Origin: Burkholderiales bacterium
GTDB lineage: Bacteria; Pseudomonadota; Gammaproteobacteria; Burkholderiales; Casimicrobiaceae
Direction: 5' to 3'
DNA length: 64,000 nucleotides
NCBI GenBank assembly: GCA_031270015.1
Contig: JAISYH010000018.1
Coordinates: 14,981 to 78,980 of the forward strand
The notes under the pieces were generated by a model. The model worked only from the letters and a program-made list of their open reading frames with translations. It was not told the DNA's origin and ran no database searches. Below are positions 42,637 through 52,506 of the stretch, in pieces. Within the stretch, counting starts at the first letter, position 1. Each line of letters opens with the position of its first letter. The position numbers and the translations under genes are program-made.

Positions 42637-42718
42637 GTGTCGTTCTTAACGTTTTTTCGAAAATAACGACGATACAGTAAAATACGCCGTTTTTACAGAG
42701 CGCGGCGCGATCAAATTT

Positions 42719-44695
42719 ATGGAAGGCATGCTCAATCCGGCGCAACGCGAAGCCGTGCGCCATGTCGAAAGTCCATTATTGGTACTTGCCGGCGCCGGTA
42801 GTGGTAAAACGCGCGTAATCACTGAAAAAATCGCGCATCTTGTCAAACTTGGTGTGTTACCAGAGAAAATCCTGGCGATTACGTTCACCAACAAAGCAGC
42901 GCGGGAAATGCGCGAACGCGTACACGCTTTGCTCGATCAACAAACGGCGTTCGATAAAATCACGATAGGAACATTTCACGCGCTCGGGCTTTCCATCATC
43001 CGCCAGGAAGCCAAACACCTGTCGCTCAAACCGCGCTTTTCCGTTCTCAATCCGCAAGATTTGGAGACGATGGTTGCCGAATTGGCAGGTAGCGTCGGTA
43101 ACGCGCGCGCGTTGCAATGGAAAATCAGCCAGTGGAAAAACGCGATGATTTCGCCGAAAGAAGCGTTGAGCGAGGCGAATGACGATGAAACACTGCTGGC
43201 GGCGCGTGCGTATGCGCAGTATGGTGACGCTTTGCAAGCGTATCAGGCGGTCGATTTCGATGATTTGATCGTGCGCCCGGCGCAACTATTTGCCACGAAC
43301 GACGAAGCGCGCGCGCGGTGGTGCGCGCGCTTCACGCATGTGCTGATCGATGAATATCAAGACACCAATCCGGTGCAATATCTGCTGCTGCGCACGTTGG
43401 TGGGCGAACAACCCTTCACGGCGGTTGGCGACGACGATCAGGCGATTTATAGTTGGCGCGGCGCGACGTTGGAAAATCTGGCGAAACTTCCCAAAGATTA
43501 TCCGTCGTTGAAAATCATCAAGCTCGAACAAAATTACCGTTCGACGATTCGCATACTGCGTTCAGCCAATGCGCTGATTGCCAATAATCCCAAGCTATTC
43601 GAAAAAAAGTTATGGAGCGAACACGGTTTGGGCGATCCGTTACGGGTCACGACGGCGGCGAACGAAGAAGCGGAGGCGGAAATGATCGCGTATCGTTTGC
43701 TGGCGCACAAGTTCGAACATCGCGCGCGCTTTTCCGATTATGCGATTTTGTATCGAGGAAATTTTCAATCGCGTCCTTTTGAGAACGCGCTGCGCGCCAA
43801 CCAGATTCCTTATCTTTTATCGGGAGGGCAGTCTTTTTTCGAGCGTGCCGAGATCAAGGATATTATGGCTTATTTGCGTTTGATCGCGAATGAAGACGAC
43901 GATCCTTCGTTCATCCGCGCGATCGTCACGCCGAAGCGCGGCGTCGGCGCAACGACGCTGGCGCGTCTCAGCGAAATTGCGACGGTACGGCATGAAAGTC
44001 TGTTTGCGGCAGTATTTTCGCCGGAGTTTGCCGCCACGCCGCGCGTTTATGCCGCTGTTCAAGCGTTTTGTAATGAGATCAATCATTTTCGCTATCGCGC
44101 GGAACGCGAACCCGCTTCTCGTTTGCTCGACGAATTGATACGCGAGATCGGTTACGAAGATTGGCTGCTTGCGTCATTTGACAAACGCGATGCGCAGAGA
44201 CGGATCGACAATGTGCGCGATTTCATTCGTTGGTTGGGACAAAAAGGCGAAGAGGACAATAAATCGTTATTGGATTTGACGCAGATGTTGGCATTGATGA
44301 GCATGCTTGGAGAAAAAGGAGAAGACATCGACGCTGTGCGCTTATCGACATTGCACGCCGCGAAAGGTTTGGAGTTTCCGCATGTTTTTCTCACGGGCGT
44401 CGAAGAGGGTATTTTGCCGCACCGTGAAGCAATCGAGCGGGAGACTATTGATGAAGAACGGCGACTGATGTACGTCGGTGTCACGCGCGCGCAAAGAAGC
44501 TTGTCGTTGTTTTATTGCGCGCAACGCAAACGCGCTGGAACGCGCGTTGATTGTACGCCGTCGCGTTTCATCGGAGAATTGGCGCAGGAGGATTTACGTT
44601 ATAGTGATAAACCGCTAACGGACGATGAGGCAGCAGAGGAAAAAGCGGCGGGCGGCGAACGACTGAAAAGCTTGCGCGCAATGTTAGCGCGGTAG
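42719..44695 (+). CDS. rep: UvrD/Rep-family ATP-dependent DNA helicase (Rep-like by length and N-terminus)
   Basis: 658 aa with 'LNPAQREAVRHVESPLLVLAGAGSGKTRVITEKIAHL', 'VLIDEYQDTN', 'QNYRS', 'LSTLHAAKGLEF' and 'YVGVTRA'. Confidence 0.8.
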   Translation: MEGMLNPAQREAVRHVESPLLVLAGAGSGKTRVITEKIAHLVKLGVLPEKILAITFTNKAAREMRERVHALLDQQTAFDKITIGTFHALGLSIIRQEAKHLSLKPRFSVLNPQDLETMVAELAGSVGNARALQWKISQWKNAMISPKEALSEANDDETLLAARAYAQYGDALQAYQAVDFDDLIVRPAQLFATNDEARARWCARFTHVLIDEYQDTNPVQYLLLRTLVGEQPFTAVGDDDQAIYSWRGATLENLAKLPKDYPSLKIIKLEQNYRSTIRILRSANALIANNPKLFEKKLWSEHGLGDPLRVTTAANEEAEAEMIAYRLLAHKFEHRARFSDYAILYRGNFQSRPFENALRANQIPYLLSGGQSFFERAEIKDIMAYLRLIANEDDDPSFIRAIVTPKRGVGATTLARLSEIATVRHESLFAAVFSPEFAATPRVYAAVQAFCNEINHFRYRAEREPASRLLDELIREIGYEDWLLASFDKRDAQRRIDNVRDFIRWLGQKGEEDNKSLLDLTQMLALMSMLGEKGEDIDAVRLSTLHAAKGLEFPHVFLTGVEEGILPHREAIERETIDEERRLMYVGVTRAQRSLSLFYCAQRKRAGTRVDCTPSRFIGELAQEDLRYSDKPLTDDEAAEEKAAGGERLKSLRAMLAR

Positions 44696-44894
44696 CGGAA
44701 TCAAAAAACAGCACGCGCAGCATTATTTTACTGCCCGTTATTTCTTGATAAATAAAATCTATAAGAACGATTTTTATAATTAATTTGCTATAAGACGCCA
44801 TAAAGGATAGTCTTTGTATAAAATAATCGCGTTGGTTTAGCAGAACGAATATGCCGACGTAACGCATTCATTTAATTCAGTAAAGGAAACGCAT

Positions 44895-45458
44895 ATGTCT
44901 CAAATTAACAGCGAAGTCAAACCTTTCAAGGCGACAGCTTTTCACAACGGAAATTTCGTCACGGTCACTGATCGGGATTTGAGGGGGAAATGGTCGGTCG
45001 TTTTTTTCTATCCCGCCGATTTTACTTTTGTTTGTCCCACCGAATTAGAGGACCTTGCCGATAATTATGGCGAATTCAAGAAACTGGGTATCGAGATTTA
45101 CTCGGTGTCGCGCGATACGCACTTCACGCACAAAGCTTGGCACGATACATCCAAAGCGATCAATAAAATCAAGTATCCGATGATTGGTGACCCGACCGGC
45201 ACCATTTGCCGCAACTTCGACGTGTTAATCGAAGAAGAGGGCATTGCCAATCGCGGCACTTTCGTTGTCGATCCCGATGGAAAAATTCAAATCATCGAAA
45301 TCAGCGCTGGCGGCGTGGGGCGCGACGCGAAAGAATTATTGCGGAAAGTCAGGGCGGCGCAATACGTGGCGTCGCATCCGGGCGAGGTTTGCCCCGCCAA
45401 ATGGAAAGAAGGCGACAAAACATTGAAACCGTCGCTGGATTTGGTTGGCAAGATCTGA
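44895..45458 (+). CDS. ahpC: Alkyl hydroperoxide reductase subunit C (2-Cys peroxiredoxin)
   Basis: 187 aa with peroxidatic Cys '[14 protein letters not shown]' and resolving Cys 'GEVCPAKW'. Confidence 0.95.
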   Translation: MSQINSEVKPFKATAFHNGNFVTVTDRDLRGKWSVVFFYPADFTFVCPTELEDLADNYGEFKKLGIEIYSVSRDTHFTHKAWHDTSKAINKIKYPMIGDPTGTICRNFDVLIEEEGIANRGTFVVDPDGKIQIIEISAGGVGRDAKELLRKVRAAQYVASHPGEVCPAKWKEGDKTLKPSLDLVGKI

Positions 45459-45487
45459 TTCGCAAACGAGAAGAGAAACAGGAAGAA

Positions 45488-45518
45488 GCTCGGATGCTTG
45501 CCGTATCCGGGCTTTTTT
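45488..45518 (+). terminator. Intra-operon hairpin with a T-run (attenuator) between ahpC and ahpF
   Basis: GCTCGGAT-gcttgccgt-ATCCGGGC is an 8-bp stem with one G-U pair, followed by TTTTTT. Confidence 0.55.
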
Positions 45519-45547
45519 ATTTAAATAAAGACAATCGAGAAAAAATC

Positions 45548-47101
45548 ATGCTGGATGAGGACATTAAAAGCCAATTAAAAAGTTATTTGGGGCATCTGAC
45601 CAGCCCCGTCGAGTTGGTGGCGACGTTGGACGATAGTGAAAGTGCGCGCGAAATGAAAGATCTGTTGGATGCCATTGTTACCTTGAGCGACCAGATCACG
45701 GTAGTTGAACGAGCAAACGACAATGTCCGCAAACCTTCATTTTTAATTACTAATCAGGGCGTGGACAGCGGATTGCGTTTTGCCGGTGTGCCGCTTGGTC
45801 AAGAGTTTACCTCTTTGGCGTTGGCGCTTTTGCAAGTGGGCGGCTATCCACCCAAAGAGTCTCAGGAAATCCAAGAGCGGGTGCGTTGCTTCGAAGGTAA
45901 ACTGCATTTCGAAACTTATTATTCGATTACCTGCCATAATTGCCCCGGCGTCGTACAAGCATTGAACTTGATGACAGCGCTCAATTCTAATATTACGCAC
46001 ACCGCCATTGATGGCGCGCTATTTCATGAAGAAGTCGAAAAACGCAAGATCATGGGCGTGCCCGCTGTTTTTCTCAATGGTGTATTTTTCGGTCAGGGAC
46101 GAATGACGCTGGAGGAGATTATCAATCGTCTCGACAAAAACGCCACGACGCAGACGATCAAAAACATCAACCAAAAAAAGCCGTTTGATGTTTTGGTCGT
46201 CGGCGGCGGACCGGCGGGCGCGACAGCGGCGATTTACGCGGCGCGTAAAGGCATTCGTACCGGCATCGTCGCCGAGCGGTTTGGAGGTCAAGTTCTCGAT
46301 ACGGTGGATATAGAAAACTTTATTTCCATACCGAGAACCGAAGGGCAACAACTGGCGGCTGAGATGGAGCGCCATGTTAAACACTATGGAATTGATATCG
46401 TCGATTCACAAAGAGCCAAAGCATTGATTCCTGGTGGCGATTTGATCGAAATTCGGCTAGAAAGCGGCGCGGCGCTTCTATCGAAAACCGTTATTTTGGC
46501 GACTGGCGCGCGCTGGCGTTTGATGAATGTGCCTGGTGAGGAAATGTACCGCACCAAAGGGGTAACTTTTTGTCCACATTGCGATGGACCGCTATTCAAG
46601 GGCAAGCGCGTCGCGGTGATCGGCGGCGGCAATTCCGGCGTGGAAGCGGCGATCGATCTTGCCGGCGTGGTCGATCATGTTTCGTTGTTGGAATTTTTAC
46701 CAGCGATGCGCGCCGACGAAGTATTACAACGCAAGCTACGCAGTTTGTTGAACGTCGATATCATCGTTAATGCGCAAACGACGGAAGTACTCGGCAAAGA
46801 CGGCAAAGTCTGCGGACTGAATTATAAGAACCGTGAAACCGAAGAAATCGTATACTTGCCGCTAGAAGGTATTTTTGTGCAGATTGGACTTCTGCCCAAT
46901 ACCGACTGGCTCAAAGAAACGGTGGCGCTTAACTCAATGGGGGAAATCATCATCGACACACATGGGAAAACCAATATCGCGGGCGTTTTTGCTGCTGGCG
47001 ATTGTTCTTGCGTCCCCTATAAACAAATCGTAATCGCCGCGGGAGAGGGCGCCAAAGCCGCGTTGAGCGCGTTCGATTACTTGGTCCGCGCGTCGGCGTA
47101 A
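45548..47101 (+). CDS. ahpF: Alkyl hydroperoxide reductase subunit F
   Basis: It starts at '[14 protein letters not shown]'. It has 'CHNCP', '[19 protein letters not shown]', the redox centre 'CPHCDGP' and '[10 protein letters not shown]'. The ORF-track extension back to 45206 overlaps ahpC and is spurious. Confidence 0.92.
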   Translation: MLDEDIKSQLKSYLGHLTSPVELVATLDDSESAREMKDLLDAIVTLSDQITVVERANDNVRKPSFLITNQGVDSGLRFAGVPLGQEFTSLALALLQVGGYPPKESQEIQERVRCFEGKLHFETYYSITCHNCPGVVQALNLMTALNSNITHTAIDGALFHEEVEKRKIMGVPAVFLNGVFFGQGRMTLEEIINRLDKNATTQTIKNINQKKPFDVLVVGGGPAGATAAIYAARKGIRTGIVAERFGGQVLDTVDIENFISIPRTEGQQLAAEMERHVKHYGIDIVDSQRAKALIPGGDLIEIRLESGAALLSKTVILATGARWRLMNVPGEEMYRTKGVTFCPHCDGPLFKGKRVAVIGGGNSGVEAAIDLAGVVDHVSLLEFLPAMRADEVLQRKLRSLLNVDIIVNAQTTEVLGKDGKVCGLNYKNRETEEIVYLPLEGIFVQIGLLPNTDWLKETVALNSMGEIIIDTHGKTNIAGVFAAGDCSCVPYKQIVIAAGEGAKAALSAFDYLVRASA

Positions 47102-47120
47102 ATTTTCCTTGAATGACAAT

Positions 47121-47159
47121 CGGGCTTTCAAAGTAAAGGAAGCCCGGTTACTGTTTTTT
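47121..47159 (+). terminator. Rho-independent terminator after ahpF
   Basis: CGGGCTT-(12 nt)-AAGCCCG is a perfect 7-bp stem, with TTTTTT at 47154-47159. Confidence 0.6.
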
Positions 47160-47363
47160 CTCGCGCGTATCGTCGAGAATCGATGCCGAAACTCCAGAGC
47201 AAGAATTGTCTCGCAGCGGAACAGTGATCGTGCGAGAAGGAAAGGTACGAAAAAACAGTCCTTTTTTACCAAAAATCGCCGAAATGTTCCACCATTTCTT
47301 GTTTTATAGTTTATTAATAAGTCACGCTGAGTTAAACTAATTTATTGCAAAACAGGCAATCTT

Positions 47364-49463
47364 ATGAATGCTTCTCCCCCAACGCGAAAAGTACCTTCGA
47401 TCAATCGGAATCTTTCGCTGCTGGCGTTTAACCGGCGTGTTCTGGCGCTCGCCCAAGACCCGTCGATGCCTTTACTCGAACGGCTGCGCTATCTGTGCAT
47501 TTTGGGCAGTAACCTTGACGAAATGTTTGAGTTGCGTTTGGGCGCGCTCAAAGACGCGGTGTTGTCACGCAAGCCGCTGACGGGGAATACGCTCGCGCAA
47601 ATGCGCGATATTTTGGAACAGATCGATAAGCGCGCGCACGAATTGGTGCGCGACCAATACGTAACGCTCAACCGCGAAGTTTTGCCCTCGCTTGCCGAGC
47701 GCGGGATTCGCGTTTTGTTCAGAAACGAACTGAGCAAACGCGAGCAGGAATGGGCGACGACGTATTTTCAGAAAGAAGTGCGCCCGCTTTTATCGCCCAT
47801 CGGGCTTGATCCCGCGCATCCTTTCCCGCAAGTCGCCACGAAATCGTTGCATTTCATCGTCGAGCTTTCCGGCAAGAATGCGTTTGGTCAGGAATCGTCC
47901 ATTGCGATCATCAAAGCGCCGCGTGTGTTACCGCGCGTGATTCAGATTCCACCCGAAGTCAGCGGGCGGCAATATCATTTTTTGTTGCTGTCGTCGATCA
48001 TTCATATTCATTTTCATACGCTGTTTCCCGGGCGCGACGTACTCGCTTATTCACAATTCCGTGTCACCCGCGATGCCGAGTTGGCGATGGATGAAGAGGA
48101 AGTCAAGAATTTGCGTCAAGCGTTAAAGGGCGAGTTGACGCAGCGTCCTTACGGCGTGCCAAGGCGTGTGGAAGTGGTTGATACTTGCCCCGATCATCTT
48201 GCGCATTTGTTGTTGAAACAGTTTGATCTTTCCGAAAGCGATTTATATCGTTGCGACGGTCCAGTCAATATTTCTCGCTTTAATTGGCTGATCGATCAGG
48301 TGGATGACGACACTCTGAAATTCCCATCGTTTAATCCCAGTCGTTCGACCCGATTGGCGCGATCAAATAATATTTTTGAGACCTTAAAGCAAGGCGATGT
48401 GTTGTTGCATCACCCCTATCAATCATTCGAGCCGGTCATCGAATTCTTGCGGCAAGCCACTAGTGATCCGAACGTCGTCGCCATCCGGCAAACCGTTTAT
48501 CGTACGGGCGCTATTTCCGGCATTATGGAAGCGTTGATCGAGGCGGCGCAGCGTGGGAAAGAGGTAACCGTCGTCGTCGAACTGATGGCGCGGTTTGACG
48601 AAGAAGCTAATATTAGTTGGGCGGATCGTCTCGAACGCGCCGGCGCGCAAGTGATTTACGGTGTATTGGGTTTGAAAACACATGCCAAGATGGCGCTCTT
48701 GATTCGGCGCGAAATCAACGAAAAAACCAAGAAAGAGGAATTGATTTACTACACGCATTTAAGTACGGGAAATTATCATCCAAGAACGACGCGCCTTTAT
48801 TCCGATTTCGGTTTGTTGACCGCCAATCAAGAAATCGGGCGCGACGTCAACGAAGTATTCATGCACATCAGCAGCTTGTCGCCCGCCGCCAAAATGCAGA
48901 GGTTGATTCTCGCGCCGTTTACGATGCATCGCCGGATATTGAGTTTGATCCGCCGCGAAGAAATGAATGCGCTTTCTGGCAAGCCGGCGCGCATCATCGC
49001 CAAAATGAACGCGCTACTGGAGGAGCGCATCATTAGCGGGCTTTACCGCGCGTCGCAAGCGGGCGTCAAAATCGATTTGATCGTGCGCGGCGTATGCGCG
49101 TTGCGTCCTGGCGTTCCAGGCGCTTCCGAAAATATTTGTGTGCGCTCGATACTCGGGCGTTTTCTCGAACATCACCGCGTTTGGTATTTTGAGAACGATC
49201 ATCAACCGGAGGTTTGGTTATCGTCGGCGGATTGGATGGGGCGCAATTTGTTTCGCCGGATTGAAATCGCTTTTCCAGTGCTCGATCCAGAGATCCGCGC
49301 TCGCGTGATCGAAGAAGGGTTGCTGGGATACCTCGAAGATAATTGCAATGCCTGGCATTTATATGCTGACGAACGGTATGAGAAAATTTCGCCCAAAAAC
49401 GGTGAACAAGCGGTTTCGGCGCAACAAAGATTGTTAAAACGCTGGGGTGAAGAAAGTTTTTAA
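47364..49463 (+). CDS. ppk: Polyphosphate kinase 1
   Basis: 699 aa with 'INRNLSLLAFNRRVLALAQDPSMPLLERLRYL', 'LKTHAKMALLIRRE' and 'STGNYH'. Confidence 0.95.
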   Translation: MNASPPTRKVPSINRNLSLLAFNRRVLALAQDPSMPLLERLRYLCILGSNLDEMFELRLGALKDAVLSRKPLTGNTLAQMRDILEQIDKRAHELVRDQYVTLNREVLPSLAERGIRVLFRNELSKREQEWATTYFQKEVRPLLSPIGLDPAHPFPQVATKSLHFIVELSGKNAFGQESSIAIIKAPRVLPRVIQIPPEVSGRQYHFLLLSSIIHIHFHTLFPGRDVLAYSQFRVTRDAELAMDEEEVKNLRQALKGELTQRPYGVPRRVEVVDTCPDHLAHLLLKQFDLSESDLYRCDGPVNISRFNWLIDQVDDDTLKFPSFNPSRSTRLARSNNIFETLKQGDVLLHHPYQSFEPVIEFLRQATSDPNVVAIRQTVYRTGAISGIMEALIEAAQRGKEVTVVVELMARFDEEANISWADRLERAGAQVIYGVLGLKTHAKMALLIRREINEKTKKEELIYYTHLSTGNYHPRTTRLYSDFGLLTANQEIGRDVNEVFMHISSLSPAAKMQRLILAPFTMHRRILSLIRREEMNALSGKPARIIAKMNALLEERIISGLYRASQAGVKIDLIVRGVCALRPGVPGASENICVRSILGRFLEHHRVWYFENDHQPEVWLSSADWMGRNLFRRIEIAFPVLDPEIRARVIEEGLLGYLEDNCNAWHLYADERYEKISPKNGEQAVSAQQRLLKRWGEESF

Positions 49464-49481
49464 TTTCTTCAGATAAAGATA

Positions 49482-49922
49482 ATGGATCTCATTTTATGGC
49501 GTCACGCCGAAGCGTTATCCGGCGACAACGATCTGGAAAGAGTGTTGAGCGCGCGCGGTGAAAAACAAGCGCGCTCGACCGCGGCGTGGTTGAATCAACG
49601 CTTGCCTGAAAATTGCCGCATCTTGGTTTCGCCGGCGCGCCGCGCGCAACAAACCGCTGCCGCGCTGGGTCACGCTTATACGACGATCCAGGCGTTGTTG
49701 CCGAACGCGCAGGTCAGCGATGTGCTTTCCGTGTCTGGCTGGCCGGATGCGTCGGGCGTCGTTTTGATCGTCGGTCACCAACCGGCGCTTGGCGAAGTCG
49801 CTATGTTTTTGCTTGATGATGATTTTGATGGATTGAGTTGGACGCCGTCGTGCGCGTCGTTATGTTGGATGAGGAAAGAAGAACAAGGCGCGTCGTTGGT
49901 CACGATATTCACGCCCGAGTAA
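49482..49922 (+). CDS. sixA: Phosphohistidine phosphatase SixA
   Basis: 146 aa with 'LILWRHAEA' (RHG-type motif), 'LSARGEKQA' and 'IVGHQP'. Confidence 0.8.
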   Translation: MDLILWRHAEALSGDNDLERVLSARGEKQARSTAAWLNQRLPENCRILVSPARRAQQTAAALGHAYTTIQALLPNAQVSDVLSVSGWPDASGVVLIVGHQPALGEVAMFLLDDDFDGLSWTPSCASLCWMRKEEQGASLVTIFTPE

Positions 49923-49948
49923 CGCGGCAAAAATCATCGGCTATTTTG

Positions 49949-50884
49949 CTATTCCGTGAATAAACTGCTCACGGATTCTTCATTCGCCATGCGCGTCACG
50001 GTTTCGGCTATCAGTTGCGCGCAGGAAAGCTGGCGGATGCGTTCGCTACGCTCGGCTTCGGGCGACAACGGGATGGTGTCGATCACGACGACTTCGTCGA
50101 TATCCGATTGATCGATACGCGCCACGGCGCCGCCCGACAACACGGGATGCGTACAATAAGCCGCAACGATTTTTGCGCCCTCTTGCTTGAGCGCGGAGGC
50201 GGCTTTGCACAGGGTATTCGCCGTATCGATGATGTCGTCGATGATGATGCATGCGCGCCCTTCTACTTCGCCGATGATGTTCATCACTTCGGCGACATTG
50301 GCTTTCGGACGGCGCTTGTCGATGATCGCCAGATCACAATCTAGGCGTTTGGCGATTGCTCGCGAGCGCGCTACGCCGCCGACATCCGGCGACACAACGA
50401 TCATTTCTTCGTAATTCTGTTTCCACAATTCGCCGAGCAAAATCGGTGTCGCATAAATATTATCTACCGGAATATTGAAAAAGCCCTGAATTTGATCCGC
50501 GTGCAAATCCATGACGACGGCGCGAGAAACGCCTGCTGCCGTCAGCATGTCCGCAATCAATCGCGCGGTGATTGGTACTCGCGCCGAACGGGAACGACGA
50601 TCTTGGCGCGCATAACCGTAGTAAGGGATCACTGCGGTGATTGACGCCGCCGACGCGCGCTTCAACGCATCGACGATGACCAAAATTTCCATGAGATTAT
50701 CGTTGGTCGGCGCGCAGGTAGATTGCAGCACGAAAACATGACGACCGCGAACATTTTCAAGAATTTCGACGAATACTTCGCCATCGGAAAAGCGGTTGAC
50801 TATCGCTCTGCCCATGGAAACATTGAGATGCCGGCAAACGGCTTCCGCGAGTTTGGGATTGGCGTTACCGGTAAAAATACGCAT
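49949..50884 (-). CDS. prs: Ribose-phosphate pyrophosphokinase
   Basis: 311 aa with '[13 protein letters not shown]', '[11 protein letters not shown]' and the PRPP loop '[11 protein letters not shown]'. Confidence 0.95.
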   Translation of the reverse strand: MRIFTGNANPKLAEAVCRHLNVSMGRAIVNRFSDGEVFVEILENVRGRHVFVLQSTCAPTNDNLMEILVIVDALKRASAASITAVIPYYGYARQDRRSRSARVPITARLIADMLTAAGVSRAVVMDLHADQIQGFFNIPVDNIYATPILLGELWKQNYEEMIVVSPDVGGVARSRAIAKRLDCDLAIIDKRRPKANVAEVMNIIGEVEGRACIIIDDIIDTANTLCKAASALKQEGAKIVAAYCTHPVLSGGAVARIDQSDIDEVVVIDTIPLSPEAERSERIRQLSCAQLIAETVTRMANEESVSSLFTE

Positions 50885-50969
50885 CCATGTTTCCTCGTCA
50901 ACGCGCCGATACAGCGCAACCGCGCTTGATACTCAAGAATTTCGCGCGATTGGTCAGCGTACAATAAAA

Positions 50970-51046
50970 TGGCTGGGGAGGAAGGATTCGAACCCTCGAA
51001 TGCCGGAATCAAAATCCGGTGCCTTAACCAGCTTGGCGACTCCCCA
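50970..51046 (-). tRNA. tRNA-Gln (anticodon UUG), with CCA encoded
   Basis: The reverse complement reads TGGGGAG TC GCCA AGCTGGTTA AGGC A CCGGA TTTTGAT TCCGG CATTC GAGGG TTCGAAT CCTTC CTCCCCA G CCA. This gives a cloverleaf with a 7-bp acceptor stem and anticodon loop TT-TTG-AT. Confidence 0.95.
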
Positions 51047-51056
51047 ACGGGTTGAT

Positions 51057-51926
51057 TCAGTCTTTACGAAAACCCCATTTTAACAGCGGATGATACGTCC
51101 GTGTGCGGGTCACAACGCCCGAAATATCCGCCGGCAATGCCTGAATCACGTTTTTGGCGGCATTTTCACTCTCAACGATAGCAAAAACGCTGCTTCCCGA
51201 TCCGCTCATTCTGGCATTTCCTGCATATTGGCGCAAACAAGCCAATGCTTGGGCAACGGGTGGATAACGTCCTATAACGACACGTTCTAAATCGTTGCGA
51301 CCATGATCTTTCGTAAAGGCGGCTATTTTCTCTGAGCGCGTGTTTCGTGTCAATTCCGGCGCGTTGAAAATCTCCGCCGTCGAGATGGCAATCGGCGGCA
51401 GCGCCAACGCCAACCACATCGGCGGCAACGAAATCGGTTCTAATCGTTCTCCGATTCCGCTAACCCAAGCCGCATGACCGCCGATGAAAAAAGGAACATC
51501 GGCGCCGAGCGCCAATGCCATCGTTTGCAATGTCGATTGCGGTAAATGAAGTTCCCATAAGCGATTGAGCGCGATCAATACTGTCGCGGCGTCCGAGCTG
51601 CCGCCGCCCAATCCGCCGCCTTGCGGGATGTGTTTTTCCACAGCGATGCGAACACCGTAACGCGCGCCTGTTTCGCGCCGCAAAAGACGGGCGGCGCGAA
51701 TGGTCAAATCGTCGTCTTCGGCGATGTTGGCAAGTGGGCGTGTTCGCGCAATCATGCCGTCTTTGGTGACCGTTAGTGTAACGGTATCGGCAAGATCGAT
51801 GAACGCAAGGACGCTTTCCAGAAGATGATAGCCATCTTCACGTCTGCCGACGACATGCAGAAAAAAATTGATTTTCGCCGGCGCCGGGAAGACGTTCATC
51901 GGCGATTTCATGTCAATCGTTGTCAT
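51057..51926 (-). CDS. ispE: 4-diphosphocytidyl-2-C-methyl-D-erythritol kinase
   Basis: 'PAPAKINFFLHVVGRREDGYH' and the GHMP kinase motif 'GGGLGGGSSDAA'. Confidence 0.9.
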   Translation of the reverse strand: MTTIDMKSPMNVFPAPAKINFFLHVVGRREDGYHLLESVLAFIDLADTVTLTVTKDGMIARTRPLANIAEDDDLTIRAARLLRRETGARYGVRIAVEKHIPQGGGLGGGSSDAATVLIALNRLWELHLPQSTLQTMALALGADVPFFIGGHAAWVSGIGERLEPISLPPMWLALALPPIAISTAEIFNAPELTRNTRSEKIAAFTKDHGRNDLERVVIGRYPPVAQALACLRQYAGNARMSGSGSSVFAIVESENAAKNVIQALPADISGVVTRTRTYHPLLKWGFRKD

Positions 51927-52506
51927 CGTTCAGCCATGCGTCGATTCGTATCCGCAGAGAAATCGTCTCGCCGTAACGCGCGTCGATTTGCAGCGGTAAA
52001 GCGGCATCCGTTCGTGCGTATTGATAATCGATCACCCAGCCTTCTTGTTTCAACTGAGCGAGACGCCCTTGCGCGTCGAGCGCGATTCCGTTGGTTTTTC
52101 GCGGTGTTGGAATGCCGCGAATCCAGAAAATCAAACCGTCTACCGGCAACGGGAAGCCCAACGTTTCTTGAGTCAGTGTCTGTAGGTCTGACCCTTGCCA
52201 GACGCCGCGATTGTCGTTGCCTCGCATGATGACGATTTCTTTTTCGTCGCGCGTCAGCGACGCGATGCGATTGCCTAATGGCGAAACGAAATCAATGGCG
52301 TCACGCGGCGGCGCATGCCGCCAATCAAACGCCGCGACATATACGTCGTCACCGGCTTGCGCCGAAAAACGACCTTGCATCGCAAACGGCGCGTCTTTGA
52401 TTTTATTTTCCGGGAAGGAGGACGCATCATGGATCACGAGCGAACCGCCGCAGCTGCTCAATAAAAACGTGGCGCAGACGATCCAGAAAAGCGCGGCGCG
52501 TATCAC
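51913..52506 (-). CDS. lolB: Outer-membrane lipoprotein LolB
   Basis: Lipobox 'LLSSCGG'. It is about 200 aa and sits in the canonical position between the TPR protein and ispE. Confidence 0.75.
   Translation of the reverse strand: MIRAALFWIVCATFLLSSCGGSLVIHDASSFPENKIKDAPFAMQGRFSAQAGDDVYVAAFDWRHAPPRDAIDFVSPLGNRIASLTRDEKEIVIMRGNDNRGVWQGSDLQTLTQETLGFPLPVDGLIFWIRGIPTPRKTNGIALDAQGRLAQLKQEGWVIDYQYARTDAALPLQIDARYGETISLRIRIDAWLNDDND

Noticed and set aside
44756-44812. Possible OxyR operator upstream of ahpC (CTAT/ATAG elements in an AT-rich tract).
   Set aside because: CTAT at 44759 and 44788 and ATAG at 44807 do not fit the ATAG-N7-CTAT-N7-ATAG-N7-CTAT spacing of the OxyR consensus. I cannot support a specific site.
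44849-44863. The 15-mer ATATGCCGACGTAAC occurs twice, at 44849-44863 upstream of ahpC and at 57596-57610 just before tRNA-Gly.
   Set aside because: For 64 kb compared on both strands, roughly one to a few exact 15-mer coincidences are expected by chance. The flanks do not extend the match. A genome-wide count would be needed to revive this.
45206-45547. The ORF track extends ahpF 114 codons upstream, overlapping ahpC.
   Set aside because: The extension is Arg-rich nonsense in a different frame of ahpC. The true AhpF N-terminus '[14 protein letters not shown]' starts at 45548, after the intergenic hairpin.
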